NCBI GenBank assembly: GCA_030704615.1
Contig: CM060731.1
Span: 39,246,001 to 39,310,000 of the forward strand
DNA from: Takakia lepidozioides
Taxonomy: Eukaryota; Plantae; Bryophyta
Length of the DNA: 64,000 bases
Direction of reading: 5' to 3'
Shown: in pieces, positions 40,486 to 52,330 of the stretch
Layout: every line of letters begins with the position of its first letter
Numbering within the stretch: position 1 is the first letter of the stretch
Program-made: the position numbers and the translations under genes
Notes under the pieces: generated by a model
What the model saw: only the letters and a program-made list of their open reading frames with translations
Database searches by the model: none
Told to the model about the DNA's origin: nothing

Positions 40486-41841
40486 ATAGCGTCTCTTGAT
40501 GCATTTTTGCTTCTATGTGGTTTGTTCGTAACACTTCACAGTTTGGGTTTCATGCAATGGGCTTACATGGGGTTACACCTTATAAGGTTACATGAAGTGG
40601 AATCATAGACAAGTACTTGGGTACACCTTTGGGCCCTGGGGCAATGGGCTTACACTCTGTGGGTTTCACACATAAGTGATGGGTTACACCATGCCGGGTC
40701 TCACAACGTGGGGTTACACTTATGGGTTACATACAATGGGCCTAGGGTTACATGGTTGGGCCTTCCTGGCTATGTCAGGGTCACGTTGCTGAAACAGTAT
40801 ACTTTCGTGGCATGTAACCCCACCTCGACTATGCGCATTTGTTTTATTTTTTATTTTTTTCGCACTGAAGTGTTTGTGCACTGAAGTTCTCAGATTTATA
40901 ATACATGGGGTTACATACATGAGGGCTATGTACAATGGGTTACATACGATGGGGTCACAATAGTGTGGGGGTAACATCTGGTCGGGCTACATACTTCTTG
41001 GAGTTACAACACTCTGGGTTACACTCACTCAAGAGGGTTACACAGTTCTAAGTTACACTGTGCACAATGAAAGTGGGCAGGGTTGCCTATACAAGGGCTA
41101 CGTGTCGTGGGGATACATAAGATGGGGTGATGTAGCATCGGGGTTTATAGCGTGCACCCCAAATTGTACAATGGGTTACATGCGATGGGGTGACATCAAT
41201 GGGGGTTACATGTGGTCGGGATACATACTTCTTGGGGTTACACAACAACAAGTTACACTCCGGAGGGCTACACTGGTCCATAACATAGGTTGAACGGAAT
41301 GATTATCTATCTCATGGATTACACGTCCATGGGTTACACATAGAGGGGTTACACATACAGGGGCTAGTGTTGGTGACTAAAGGTGCTCGACTTCAGCATC
41401 TTCCCACTCTGTATTGAAGGGTCATGTAACCCCGGCAGACTAACCCAGACCCTGTAGTCACATTGTAGTCATCGACTTATAATTCTCAGAGTTACACCAC
41501 TGACAGCAATATTCTATGGGGTTACATACTGGGTTACACTATTGATAGTTACATTGCAGTTACACTTGGAGTTACACTGAAGAGGTTCACACTCATCTGT
41601 GTTAAACTGTGTGGAATACCACAGATGCGAGTTACACTAAGTAGAGCTATGTTACGTTATGAAACCCCAGACGGTGTAACCCTGCGGTGTGTCACCCCGG
41701 CCCATGGGTGTCCCATTGAGTGGGTTACATAGGTTGAATGTGGATGGAATGGCAAAGTGAATAACAACCCATGAACAGACATGTACTTCATATTAAACTT
41801 GGTGATCACAAAATAAGTGTTATTGCCAATGGACTCAATGG

Positions 41842-44800
41842 TCACTTACTACGGAACCGGTCTACAAAATCTACTTTCCTGGCAAGGGACATGTTGTTTC
41901 CATCATCATTTTTTATGAATGGAACTGCTTGAAGAGGGTGCAACAGACCTTTGTCGATTCTAACTTGTAAAGTGGACAGCCTCCCACGAACACAACGAAG
42001 CTCGGCAAGCAGATGTTTGCGCATTGTTTCACTCTCATTGCCAAGAAGCGACAGGGACTTCATCTCAGATTCAATTGATGAAACATCCGATGGCTCCTGC
42101 CGACCACCCTGGGATGATGCTGAGCACTCCGTAGGCTCTGCTAGATTCACAACTTCCTCCTCTGCATCTGGAAGTTCCGATTTCATCAACATGTGAAGAC
42201 CTCCATGAATGGTCCCGAGCTTTGTGCCACAGAGCTTCACAATAAGCCCTTCCTTCAGATTTGGCTTCATCAATTGAAGTACGCGGATTTGATGTTTGCA
42301 CAAGTTACCCTTCAAAGCCCATGGACAATCGCAACAAGCCCAGGTGGTCGTAGGTGCATAGATTGTGTAACTTCGACCGGCCGTTTGAACACTATCCACA
42401 ATCACCGGATGACCAGGAATAGTGGGCAAATGAACATTGACATCAGGGATCTCCCTTGCAGTCCAAACAGCATTACTGATAAATTCCTCCTGTCGTACAT
42501 TCCTTTTGAAGCCTTTCGATTTCAAGTTATCTCTATACCAATAATGGGTTAGAACAGGACCCACGAGTTCGCTGATCAGCCAATCGATTCTCCTGCCATC
42601 AAGCCTTTGCTTTCCCGAGCGTAAACGAGCCTTCAAATTTCCGTGCCAAGATTCAATTGCGGCATTAGTATCCTGACTTGCGTGGGGAATATAACGAGCC
42701 CCCGTGATCCACATGCTCAGTTTTGGGACCCATTCCATTCTGATGTAATGTAGGAAGTCACGCGCAAGCGGATATGAATAATTCAAATCTTCCAGTCGCT
42801 CCAGCGCCCACTCTTCTGGGGTGACTCCCACACAGGCGTTAATGCCGTACATTACGTCGCCAAGCTGTTTCAAGACAGCATTGCGAGTGTATGGATCGGG
42901 CATCTTACGCCACGAATGTTTCAGCCAAGCGCGGCTAACATGCCAAAGGCATAGAAATATCGCTATGTCCCCAAACGATTCCCTGCATGCACACACATCA
43001 AATGCCACCCAATCCATCAGTGTAACTCTTGTCAGTGTAACTCTTCGCAGTGTAACTCGTAGAAGTGTAACTCTTCAAAGTGTCACTCTTAGTAGTGTGG
43101 CTCATGTAACCCCTCGTGCATCTGGTCATGTAACTATCAATGAAACTCACAGCAGTGTAACCCAACACATATAACCCCTCGCAGCGCTGTAACGCAATCC
43201 ATGTTACACCGTGTAACTCTCAGAGTGACCCAAACCATACAACCCTCTACGATGCTCCCAGTGTAACTCACAGGCTATAGCAGTGCAACCTAATCCATGC
43301 AGGACTGCGGATGACACGCCGTGTAACTCCCAGTGTAACTCGCAGTGTAACCCTCTGTCTACCTCATAGTAGTGTAACCCTCGGTCTAACTCACAGCAGT
43401 GTAACCCTCCGTCCAACTCAAGGCAGTATAACCATCTGTCTAACTGATAGTGTAACCCTCAGTGTAAGAGACAGCACTGCAACCCAATTCATGTAACCCC
43501 TTAAGCAACTGACAGTGTAACTCCAAGTGTTACAGGCAGCAATGCACCCCCTCGTGTAACTGGCAGTTTAACTCTTACTGTGATTCTCAGTGTAACTAGC
43601 AGCAGTGTAGCCCGATCCATGAAACCCCTCGTGCATGCAACTTGTAGTGTGAATTACTGTGTGACTCAGAACATTGTAACTTCTAGCCATGTACCTGATA
43701 GCATTGATTTCTGCGTCTGCATCGTCGACAACAAAAGCATTTGGCCTCCAATCTGGTTTGCTCTGAAGAAGTCGGTCGCGAAGACGTTTCATCCAGGGGC
43801 TCAGGTCAGTCGTTTTGTTTCTCGCTGATATAATATAAGCAACAGGTATGCCGTTGAGCCATTCGTCGAACACCATCATGGTATACATTGGGAACTGCAA
43901 TGTCGCAATGGTACAAAAATTAATAAGGTGAGTGTTATAATATTGGCAACAGTTGCATGGCACTCACATTTCAGAACGCAATGAAAGGTAAAGCGTGACA
44001 CGAATACCTTATTTTCGTTGGTCCCAAATGTTGCATCGCACGATACCACACGGTTGTGTCCCAGGTCGATCATTTTCTGTTTTTGCCACTCCGTTTGTAT
44101 TCCAATTACGAACTTCAAATCACCCGCCACTGGCGCTGTCTCTTCATGATAGAAGAAGACGCTTTCAGGATTGCTATCGACCCACATACGTACACTTTGT
44201 GCATCATGTGGATGTTTTTTGTAACTCTCAATCACAAGCTTGTCGGCAATGTTTCTCATGTCGTACTAGAACAAGAAACAATCGCGACTCCACTCCATGC
44301 CTGGCTGAGACACACAAGCTTCCTGGAGCTATTGAGTGTGTTGTGTCATAATCATAGCTGGAGATAGGCCACTGCGAAGACTATCGACGATCCACTGTTT
44401 CATATCTTGGCTGAGACGAGGGGCATGCACGAATCGCGAGAAATGGGAAGAGGGGTCAGCTGAACCATGATATGGCTTTCCTTTTGCATCCACATGCTAT
44501 TTATGGAAGTATGTGATGATTGCCAACTCTGAATCTAGAAAACACTGGCCAACTTTGAAGCTACACGTACACCCACGTTTGTATGACTCTCCAAAATCCG
44601 CTGCCTTACATCTGATTCGCTTGACTGGTTTTTGATTATCGGAGGCTGCTATCGGTTTTTCTTTCTTCTTCACAATCGGCGGGTCCATGCGCCTATCTAT
44701 CGGGCCGTAGCAGCAGTGGTACCTGCAAAAAAAGCATATAAAGCGAGGAGGGTTATCGCCATATACGACTTTGCTAGGCCAGCAGAAAGAAGTGGGGCTG

Positions 44801-45206
44801 GGAATGTTATACAACCCTCATAAGTGACTTACTTATGCCACTAACGATAACTGTTTGCACGCGGTGTTGTCAAATCTGGCAACTCACGGTACCTTCGATC
44901 TTGAACATAAAATTGGGTCTTCCCATCCACTCTACTCCTTTCTCCCTCCAGAAAATCAGGAATGCGAGACCATGGAACGACAGCTACTTCGATGGATATC
45001 CATTTCCCTTTTCCCTGGGAAACCTGGCGTATCCAATGGAGGTTTGTGTGATTGAAAAGCCCGTCTATGGGCAGCTGTAGGATGCATTTCAAATGAGATA
45101 CCAAATGCTGCAAATGACAGAGTTCTCCCGCCTCATCTTTCAAACCATTTGATTCCAATGCTGCTTTGCGTTCCTCGTCTAGCACCTTCGCGGCAGCACA
45201 TGCCAT
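41842..45206 (-). pseudogene. MULE DDE transposase with SWIM zinc finger; four in-frame TAG stops in the N-terminal part
   Basis: Exons 45206-44833, 44722-44008, 43894-43695, 42982-41842. SCDATFGTN (D), VVDDADAE (D), CLWH, TNAAIESWH (E), SWIM CDC...NLCKH. TAG codons at 44841, 44497, 44329 and 44266. Confidence 0.9.
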
Positions 45207-45429
45207 TAGCAGCAACAGTACCACCAATACAGTACAAATCGCATAACACACGCGGGCAACGCAGCGGAGCCCTCGGGACTGCACGTCGTCTACGCACCTG
45301 GTGAAAATGACGAGCGATGATGGAGTTACACGTGGGTTTTGATGTCACCAAATCGTGTAACCCAGGTTTGAATTCAAAATATCTGACACCTCTTGGAGCC
45401 CGCCAATTTTTGCCGGGCACCAAGGGGCT

Positions 45430-47270
45430 ACACGAACAGGGGTGACATGCGTTGGGGATAAATGATCCGGGGTGACACGAGCTATGAGTGACACAATCGG
45501 GGGTTACACGGAGGGGATTGATACAGTATCGGGGTTACATGGTGGGGTTACAATGTGAGAGTTGCACAATGAGGGTTACATGAGGCGGAGCTAAAGGGCT
45601 GAAGTGCAGAGGGTTACATGGATGATGGGGTTACGAGGAACTGGAGTTACACGGAGAGGGGTATATGGGATAACATGATACAAGCTTACATTGGGGTTAC
45701 ACGATGCAGGATAACATGGAGTGAGGGTTACACCCCGCGGAGTAACAGAGGGTTACATGGGTTACAAAAGGTTACAAAGGGTGACATAGGGTTACATGGG
45801 AGGATTACATGGATGAGGGTGACACTCAGCGGTGTTACAAAGGGATAAATGGGTTACAGAGGGTTACATGGTGGTGAGGGTTACACCTGGTGAGGGTTAC
45901 AGAGGGTCACAAAGGGTCACAGAGGGTTACATGGAGTGAGGTTACACAGGGGTGAGGGTGACACTCTACGGTGTTACAGAGGGGCTACTGAGGGTTACAT
46001 GGTGGTGAAGGTTACACCTGGTGAGGGTTATAAAGGGTCACAAAGGGTTACATGGGTTACAGAGGGTCAGAGAGGGTTACATGGAGTGAGGGTTACATGG
46101 GTTACACAGGGTCACAGAGGGTTACACGGGTTACACAGGGTCACAGAGGATTACATGGGTTACAAGGAGTGAGGGATGCATAGGGATGGGGGTGACACTC
46201 TGCGGTGTTACAGAAGGTTACATGATGGTAAGGGTTACACATAGTGAGGGATATAGAGGGTCACAGAGGGTTACATGGGTTACAGAGGGTTATAGAGGAT
46301 CAGAGAGGGTTACATGGAATGAGGATTACATAGGGGTGAGGGTGACATTCTGCGGTGTTACAGAGGGTTACATGGTGGTGAGGGTTGCAAAGGGTCACAG
46401 AGGGTTACATAAGGGGTGAGGGCGACACTCTGCGGTGTTACAGAGGGTTACATGGGTTACAGAGCCACAGAGGGTTTGTGAGGGTTACATGGAGTGAGGG
46501 TTACATGGGATGAGGGTGACACTCTGCGGTGTCACAGAGGGTTTGTGAGGGTTACGGAGGGTTACATGGTGGCGAGGGTGACACTCTGCGGTGTTACAGA
46601 GGGTTACATGGTGGTAAGGGTTACACCTGGTGAGGGATATAGAGGGTCACAGAGGGTTACATGGGTTACAGAGGGTTACATGGTGGTGAGGGTTACAGAG
46701 GGTCAGAGAAGGTTACATGGAATGAGGGTTACATAGGGGTGAGGGTGACACTCTGCGGTGTTACAGAGGGTTACATGGTGGTGAGGGTTACAAAGGGTCA
46801 CAGAGGGTTACATGGAGTGAGGGTTACATAAGGGGTGAGGGCGACACTCTGCGGTGTTACAAAGGGTTACATGGTGGTGAGGGTTACAAAGGGTCACAGA
46901 GGGTTACATGGGTTAGAGAGGGTCACAGAGGGTTACATGGGTTACAGAGGGTCACAGAGGATTACATGGGTTACAGAGGGTTACAGAGGGTTACATGGAG
47001 TGAGGGTTACACTCTGCGGTGTTACAAAGGGTTACATGGGTTACAGAGGGTTACATAGGGTTACATGGGTTGCAAAGTGTTACAGAGGGTTACATGTAGT
47101 GAGGGTTACATAGGGGTGGGGGTGACACTCTGCGGTGTTATAGAGGGTTACATGGATTACAGAGGGTTACATGGTGGTGAGGGTTACAGAGGGTCATGGG
47201 GTTATATGGGTTACAGAGGGTTACATGGTGGTGTGGGTTACACTCGGCGGAGTTACAGAGGGTTACATGG
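45430..47270 (+). repeat. Right TIR modular tandem array (GGGTTACA)
   Basis: Reverse complement of the left array; becomes more degenerate towards the element interior. Confidence 0.93.
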
Positions 47271-47914
47271 GGGTGATGGTTGAACCCGGGGCGGGGGCTA
47301 CAGGGAACTGGCGGACTGCTGGAAGCGGCGGACTGGTGTCGCAGAACGACGGTGCAGGGGGCGACGACGCCGATGGGATGAGGGGGGGGGTGGGGAGGGA
47401 TTGACCGAGCCCAGCCGGCTGCCTTTCGATGTCTGCCGGAGGCGAAGAACCGGCGGTACGGGTGTCAGGGCTGGACCGTCCTGACGCGCTTGCATTAAGT
47501 TCTTACATTATTCCTATTATCTTCCGTATAAAAACTTGAATTTAAATTAGAAAAACAAATTAAAAAAATAGAAAACAAAATCTAAAATGATATTCATTTA
47601 AAGTGATATTCATTTAATTCAATTTTCATTCATGGCAGCGGCTGAGTTTTCATTTAAAACGTCATCCATGGACTCAGTTTTCAAATTTCAACCATGGCAG
47701 CGGCTGTATTTTCATATTTTTGTGTTTTCATTTTGTGATCATTATTTTTAGTTGCCTAGTTTGAAAAACTTACACATCCAAGATGCCTAATTAAAAAAAA
47801 AACTCTCAAAAATGCCTAATTGTCAAATGGCCCCAAAAATAATTATTAGGCAGGCAAGTCCTAACCGGCTATCCCGGCTATCACACTACGGTATTCTAAA
47901 GAAAAGACCATGCA

Positions 47915-50900
47915 CTGCATGACGTCCATCCTGCATGAGCACACCCTCAATTGTGAAGTCCGACGCATCTATATGAATCTCAAATGGACGGTCGAACTCC
48001 GGGATTTTCAGGACTGGAGCTTCCGCCATCCGCTGCTTCAACTTGATAAAAGCTTGGCTACAAAAGGTGTTCCATACCCATACCTTGGACTTACACAGAA
48101 GGTCTGACAGCGGCCCCGCGATCTTGGTGAAATTTCTCACGTACTTTCGGTATTAGGAGGCGAGTCCTAGGAAGGATCGCACTCCTGGGACCGAAGTCGG
48201 AGGCTCCTAGTTCAAGACCGCCCTCACATTTCTATCATCCATTTTGATCCCATCCTGTGTAATCACATGCCCTAGGAACTCCACTTTTGTGATCCCGAAT
48301 TCGCACTTTGAAGCTTTGGCATAAAGCTTCCCTTCCCGCAATTTCTGGAACACCCTTTTGAGGTGCTCCAGGTGTTCTTCCTTTGTTTTCGAGTACACCA
48401 AGATGTCGTCGATGTACACGATCACAAAGTCATCCAACCACTCCTGGAAAAGGCTGTTCATTAGCGTGCTGAAGGTTGCGGGTGCATTGGTGAGCCCAAA
48501 AGCCATCACCAATAACTCATATGAACCATATCTTGTTCTGCACGTGGTCTTCTCATCATCTCCTTCTGCCATTCGGATTTGATGGTAGCCGGAGCGCAAA
48601 TCAATCCGGCTGAAATACTTCGCTCCTGCCAACCGATCGAAGAGGTCGTCAATCATTGGCAAAGGGTACCGAATTTTTAAAATCACCTTATTCAGAGCTC
48701 TGTAATCGACACACATCCGCAGCGTCCCATCCTTCGTCTGCGAATAGCACCAGGGCTCCGTAAGGTGACTTACTCTGGATGTACCATTTTGACATTATAT
48801 CCTTGAGCTGAGCCTTCAGCTTGACCAACTCTTTGTGGCTCAACCGGTAGGGCGCCTTGGCAGACGGCTTCGACCCCGGTATCACCTCTATCTTGTGGTC
48901 AACTCCTCTTCGCGGTGGCAAGCCGCTTGGTAAATCCCCCGGCATCACATCCTGGTATTTCTTTAAGATCCCCTTGATCCAATCTGGGCTCGGCTCCCTA
49001 TCGACTTCTCCTTCCACTTGTCTTATGTAAAGCAAAAACTGGGGCTCGTGTGGCTCTTCCACGACCCACTCCTTTGCTGATAGCAGGTTTATTCGCCCTC
49101 CCACTTGGTTGGGCGTTTCCGATACCTGTAAAACTTCGCCACCATCCCCACACGGTAGCGTGATTATTCTCTTGCGGTCATCTATGACCACTCCGGATTT
49201 GCTCAAAAAGATCATCCCCAAAATGAGATCCACTCCATCGATCTCGCAAATGGTGAAGTTCTCACGTCCCTCCCAACTCCCGAGCTGAAGAGGAACATTG
49301 AACGTCAACTCGAACGCCAACCTTGTCGCCGATTGTGGTTCTCCTTTGGCAGAACGCACTTCAATAGAGGCCCCCATATCACTTGTCGGGAGCCCCAGCT
49401 TACGTGCCGTTGCCTGTGCCATTGACGCTCATGTGTCCACCAACAACGACACGTTAGTTCCGGAAATTATCCCACTCACGAACTTTAACTGACTCCCTTT
49501 ACTCAAGGCGCCAGTTTCCTGATACAACTCAAAAGAGAGTTGCCTACCGTGCAAGTCTTGGCGACCACCGCCTCCACCAAGCGGCTGATGGACTCTTCGG
49601 ACAGCTCCGTGGTCGCTCGAGTCATATTCAATTGTCGGGGTTTGGTGCACTTCTTAGCCATGTGCCGGGCTCCCCGCAATTAAAGCACACTCCATCGAAG
49701 GTCGCACTCTGTCCGCCATAAGCCGCCGCACCTGATTTTTCTTTCGAAGCACCGAGTGTCGCCTTGACGTGTGAAGGCCATCCCTTCGATTTTCATGTGT
49801 CATTGTCGCCGCGTGGCCTATCCCACTTCTTTTCTGGTCGGAAGGAGTCACTCTCCCATTGGGTCTTCTTGTGGTTCAGCTCCGTACGACCTTGTCTTTC
49901 GCCCCTTGGGACATCCGAGAAACATTCAGCCCTTTCGATTGCCTCGTTCAAAGTCTTAGGTGGCTTCTCCTCCAACTTCCGTCTGGCCCATGGGGCCAGT
50001 CCCGCCACAAAGTTAAAGACCGTTTTTGGTTCTGCCATATCCGGGACTTCAAGCAACAGCACATTGAAAGCCTGAATATATCCCCAAATGTCATCCATTT
50101 GCTTCAAATTCCTCATATTGTCCCGGTCGAGCTAGGACGCGCTGAGGGGCACAAACTGTCTTTTCATAAGTTCCTTGAACCCACTCCAGCTCAAGGTTTC
50201 TAGGTTTGGACCTTGGTCATGAAGGCGTTTTTGCCACCATTGTTGAGCATAGCCCCTCAAATATGTGAGAGCCACTTCCACCCGATCCTCGTCACTCAAT
50301 TTGGCCGCCCGGAAGTACTGCTCTAGCTCCAAGAGCCAGGTGTTGAGTGCCTTCCGATTTTGGATGCCCTCGAAGGTGCCGGGTTCCTTAGGCTTCACCT
50401 TAAACTTTGCCTTAGTGGAAGTGGCATTAGCCGCCTTCAACACGTCTTTCAACGTCCCGCCAAACTGAGCCAACAGCCCTTCCCAAAAGGCTGTTGGCAT
50501 GGGAGGCATCTGTTGGTCTGGCGGAGCCTCCGGAAAGTCCTCGTGTTCCGACTCCCAAAATTCCTCCCGTTCTTGAGCGGCCTCGCTCTTAGAAGCATGA
50601 ATCGCCTCCTCCAATTGCCGCTCCGGTGACACGTCGCCCCCACCGGGCTCACCAGGATCATCATCTTTCGGTCCGTTCCGCTTTCGCTTTGTCTTGCCCG
50701 ACCCCATGATGAGGCCGATCTCAAGGACGATTGCGTACCAACTAGGCTCTGATACCAAGTGTCGCGCACCTCACTTCGGTAAGCTCCCCTTCAAGTTATA
50801 ATTACTCGCTTTGATGCACGCGCTTAACTCCCAAACTGGCCGCCGGGCCAACTCGGAGCTTTGGCTGCTCACCGGGACATAACGGTCCCTCTTTGTTCCT

Positions 50901-51478
50901 CCAGAAGACCCTCGCTCAGTTTGGGCCTAGTGGAAATTCCCCTTGGTTGTTGGCAGTCCGGAACAGCTCCCCACACCTTGGTCGCTTTCCGGCTCGCACG
51001 CTTACTCACTAGTTTTTTGTCACCAACAGGCTTGCACCGTTCTCAGGGTTACTACTCCCTATATATACTTAAGTGACTGTCCGCAGGGGTTCCACAAACA
51101 ACACCATCCTTTTATGGCGAACCACCACGAAGACCCTCGATTCCCGGCGATGAGACGCGGTGAGTCTTGGCCCACCCACCACGGCCCCAATGGACCGTGA
51201 TGAGTCCCAAAGACTCCCACCACAAGGTCTCCGCCCCATGGTGAGTCCTATGCCACCCCCACTAAGACCCACTAAGCTACCACCACCCCTCGTGGAACCA
51301 CCCCCACCGCAGCCCGGTGTGCGGGGCTCCACCTAGTGAGCGCCTTCGCCTCCTTGAGTGCCTTGGGCACTCAAGGGTGCTTCAGCCCCCGTACCTATTG
51401 TTGCCACTGCCCCCACCACAGGGGCAACCCCTCTTGTTTCTCGACCCCCCCCTGCCCTCAAGGCAAAGGGTCGCGACA
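47915..51478 (-). mobile_element. 3'-truncated Ty3/gypsy element (chromovirus-like pol): 5' LTR, PBS, gag, protease, RT, partial RNase H
   Basis: LTR 50760-51478 (TGTCGCG...CGCGACA). PBS TGGTATCAGAGC (initiator tRNA-Met) at 50746-50757. Gag from 50707; frameshifted CFNCGEPG knuckle; LLVDT*AS protease; CVDYRALNK, YIDDILVY, HIDASD. Confidence 0.93.
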
Positions 51479-51499
51479 GTTGGGAGGTGGGATGAAGCT

Positions 51500-52330
51500 G
51501 ATCTAGCTACATCTGCCCGATATAAAATGGCCATTACCTAAGTTCTATGTAATGCAATGATGGCAATTTTTCGCCTGTAAAAGGCCACAAAAACAAAGGC
51601 ATATGGAATGCCCGTGGTTTTGTTTTGAGTAGCTTGATGGGCACATGAACGGAGTAGGTCGTCAAACTGACGATGGAGACAGCTGAATACCTCCACAGTC
51701 AATGGGATGAAAGTGTTGGTAGGATGTCTGTCCCGATAGTCGCGTTCCTTGACTTGAGCAACAACCAAAGCCGCGGAGACCTGAGAGGATGCTGAACATG
51801 AAAGAAGGTCGGATTGGGCATGGTAAGGCAATGATAACGTCGCTACGGTGCGAAGACCATCTCGAGATAGGATAATGTCGACGCGTCGTCGAGTAGACTG
51901 AAGAGTGCAGAAGGGAAGACATGAGATTACTCTCGCAAGACATGGAAACCAGACTCTCGCGGAATCGATGCGCCAGCGTCTCAGACAACATCATGGGTAG
52001 TGGTGCAATCTCCACCACATAGACATCAAAGGAGGTGGACAACAAGTGCGTCGATAGGTTGGTGACAAACACAATGTCACAGGCCCAACACAAAGGGATG
52101 CGGTAGCCCCAGTCGCAAAGGAAGAGTCGTGCTATTAAAGATGGGTGATGACAAGCGAAAGGCGTAATGGTGGGTCGCACCGACAGCCATGTGCCTTGCA
52201 CTTGGGCATACACAAGATAAAAACCTAACATGATGCATATCAGAGAAAGAGCTAGTGGAAAGCATGTCGGAGAACGAGTGTCGGTGTGGTCCATGATAAT
52301 CTCCTGTAGGTGATCGATGCCTTGGGCAAG
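51500..52330 (-). mobile_element. Degenerate 3' fragment of a restriction-like-endonuclease non-LTR retrotransposon (CRE-like)
   Basis: Across frames: LRLGLPHP, C.C...ID...HLL.C..GG..TTTHD, KERDYRD...FIPLTVEVFSCLH. This fits the CCHC plus PD-(D/E)xK C-terminus of early-branching non-LTR elements. Confidence 0.6.

Larger units (their letters stand above)
37229..47525. mobile_element. Foldback-type Mutator-like element (MULE), 10,297 bp, carrying transposase and Ulp1 genes
   Basis: 9-bp TSD GTATAAAAA at 37220-37228 and 47526-47534. Termini GGAAGATAATAGGAATAATG...CATTATTCCTATTATCTTCC. Each TIR is about 270 bp of unique sequence plus about 1.8 kb of modular repeat array. Confidence 0.95.
37104..47891. 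mobile_element. Tc1/mariner-pogo-type MITE (about 480 bp) split by the Mutator insertion
   Basis: TA TSD at 37102-37103 and 47892-47893. TIRs CCGTAGTGGGATAGCCGGTTAGG / CCTAACCGGCTATCC(CGGCTATCA)CACTACGG. The two halves are 37104-37228 and 47535-47891. Confidence 0.8.
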
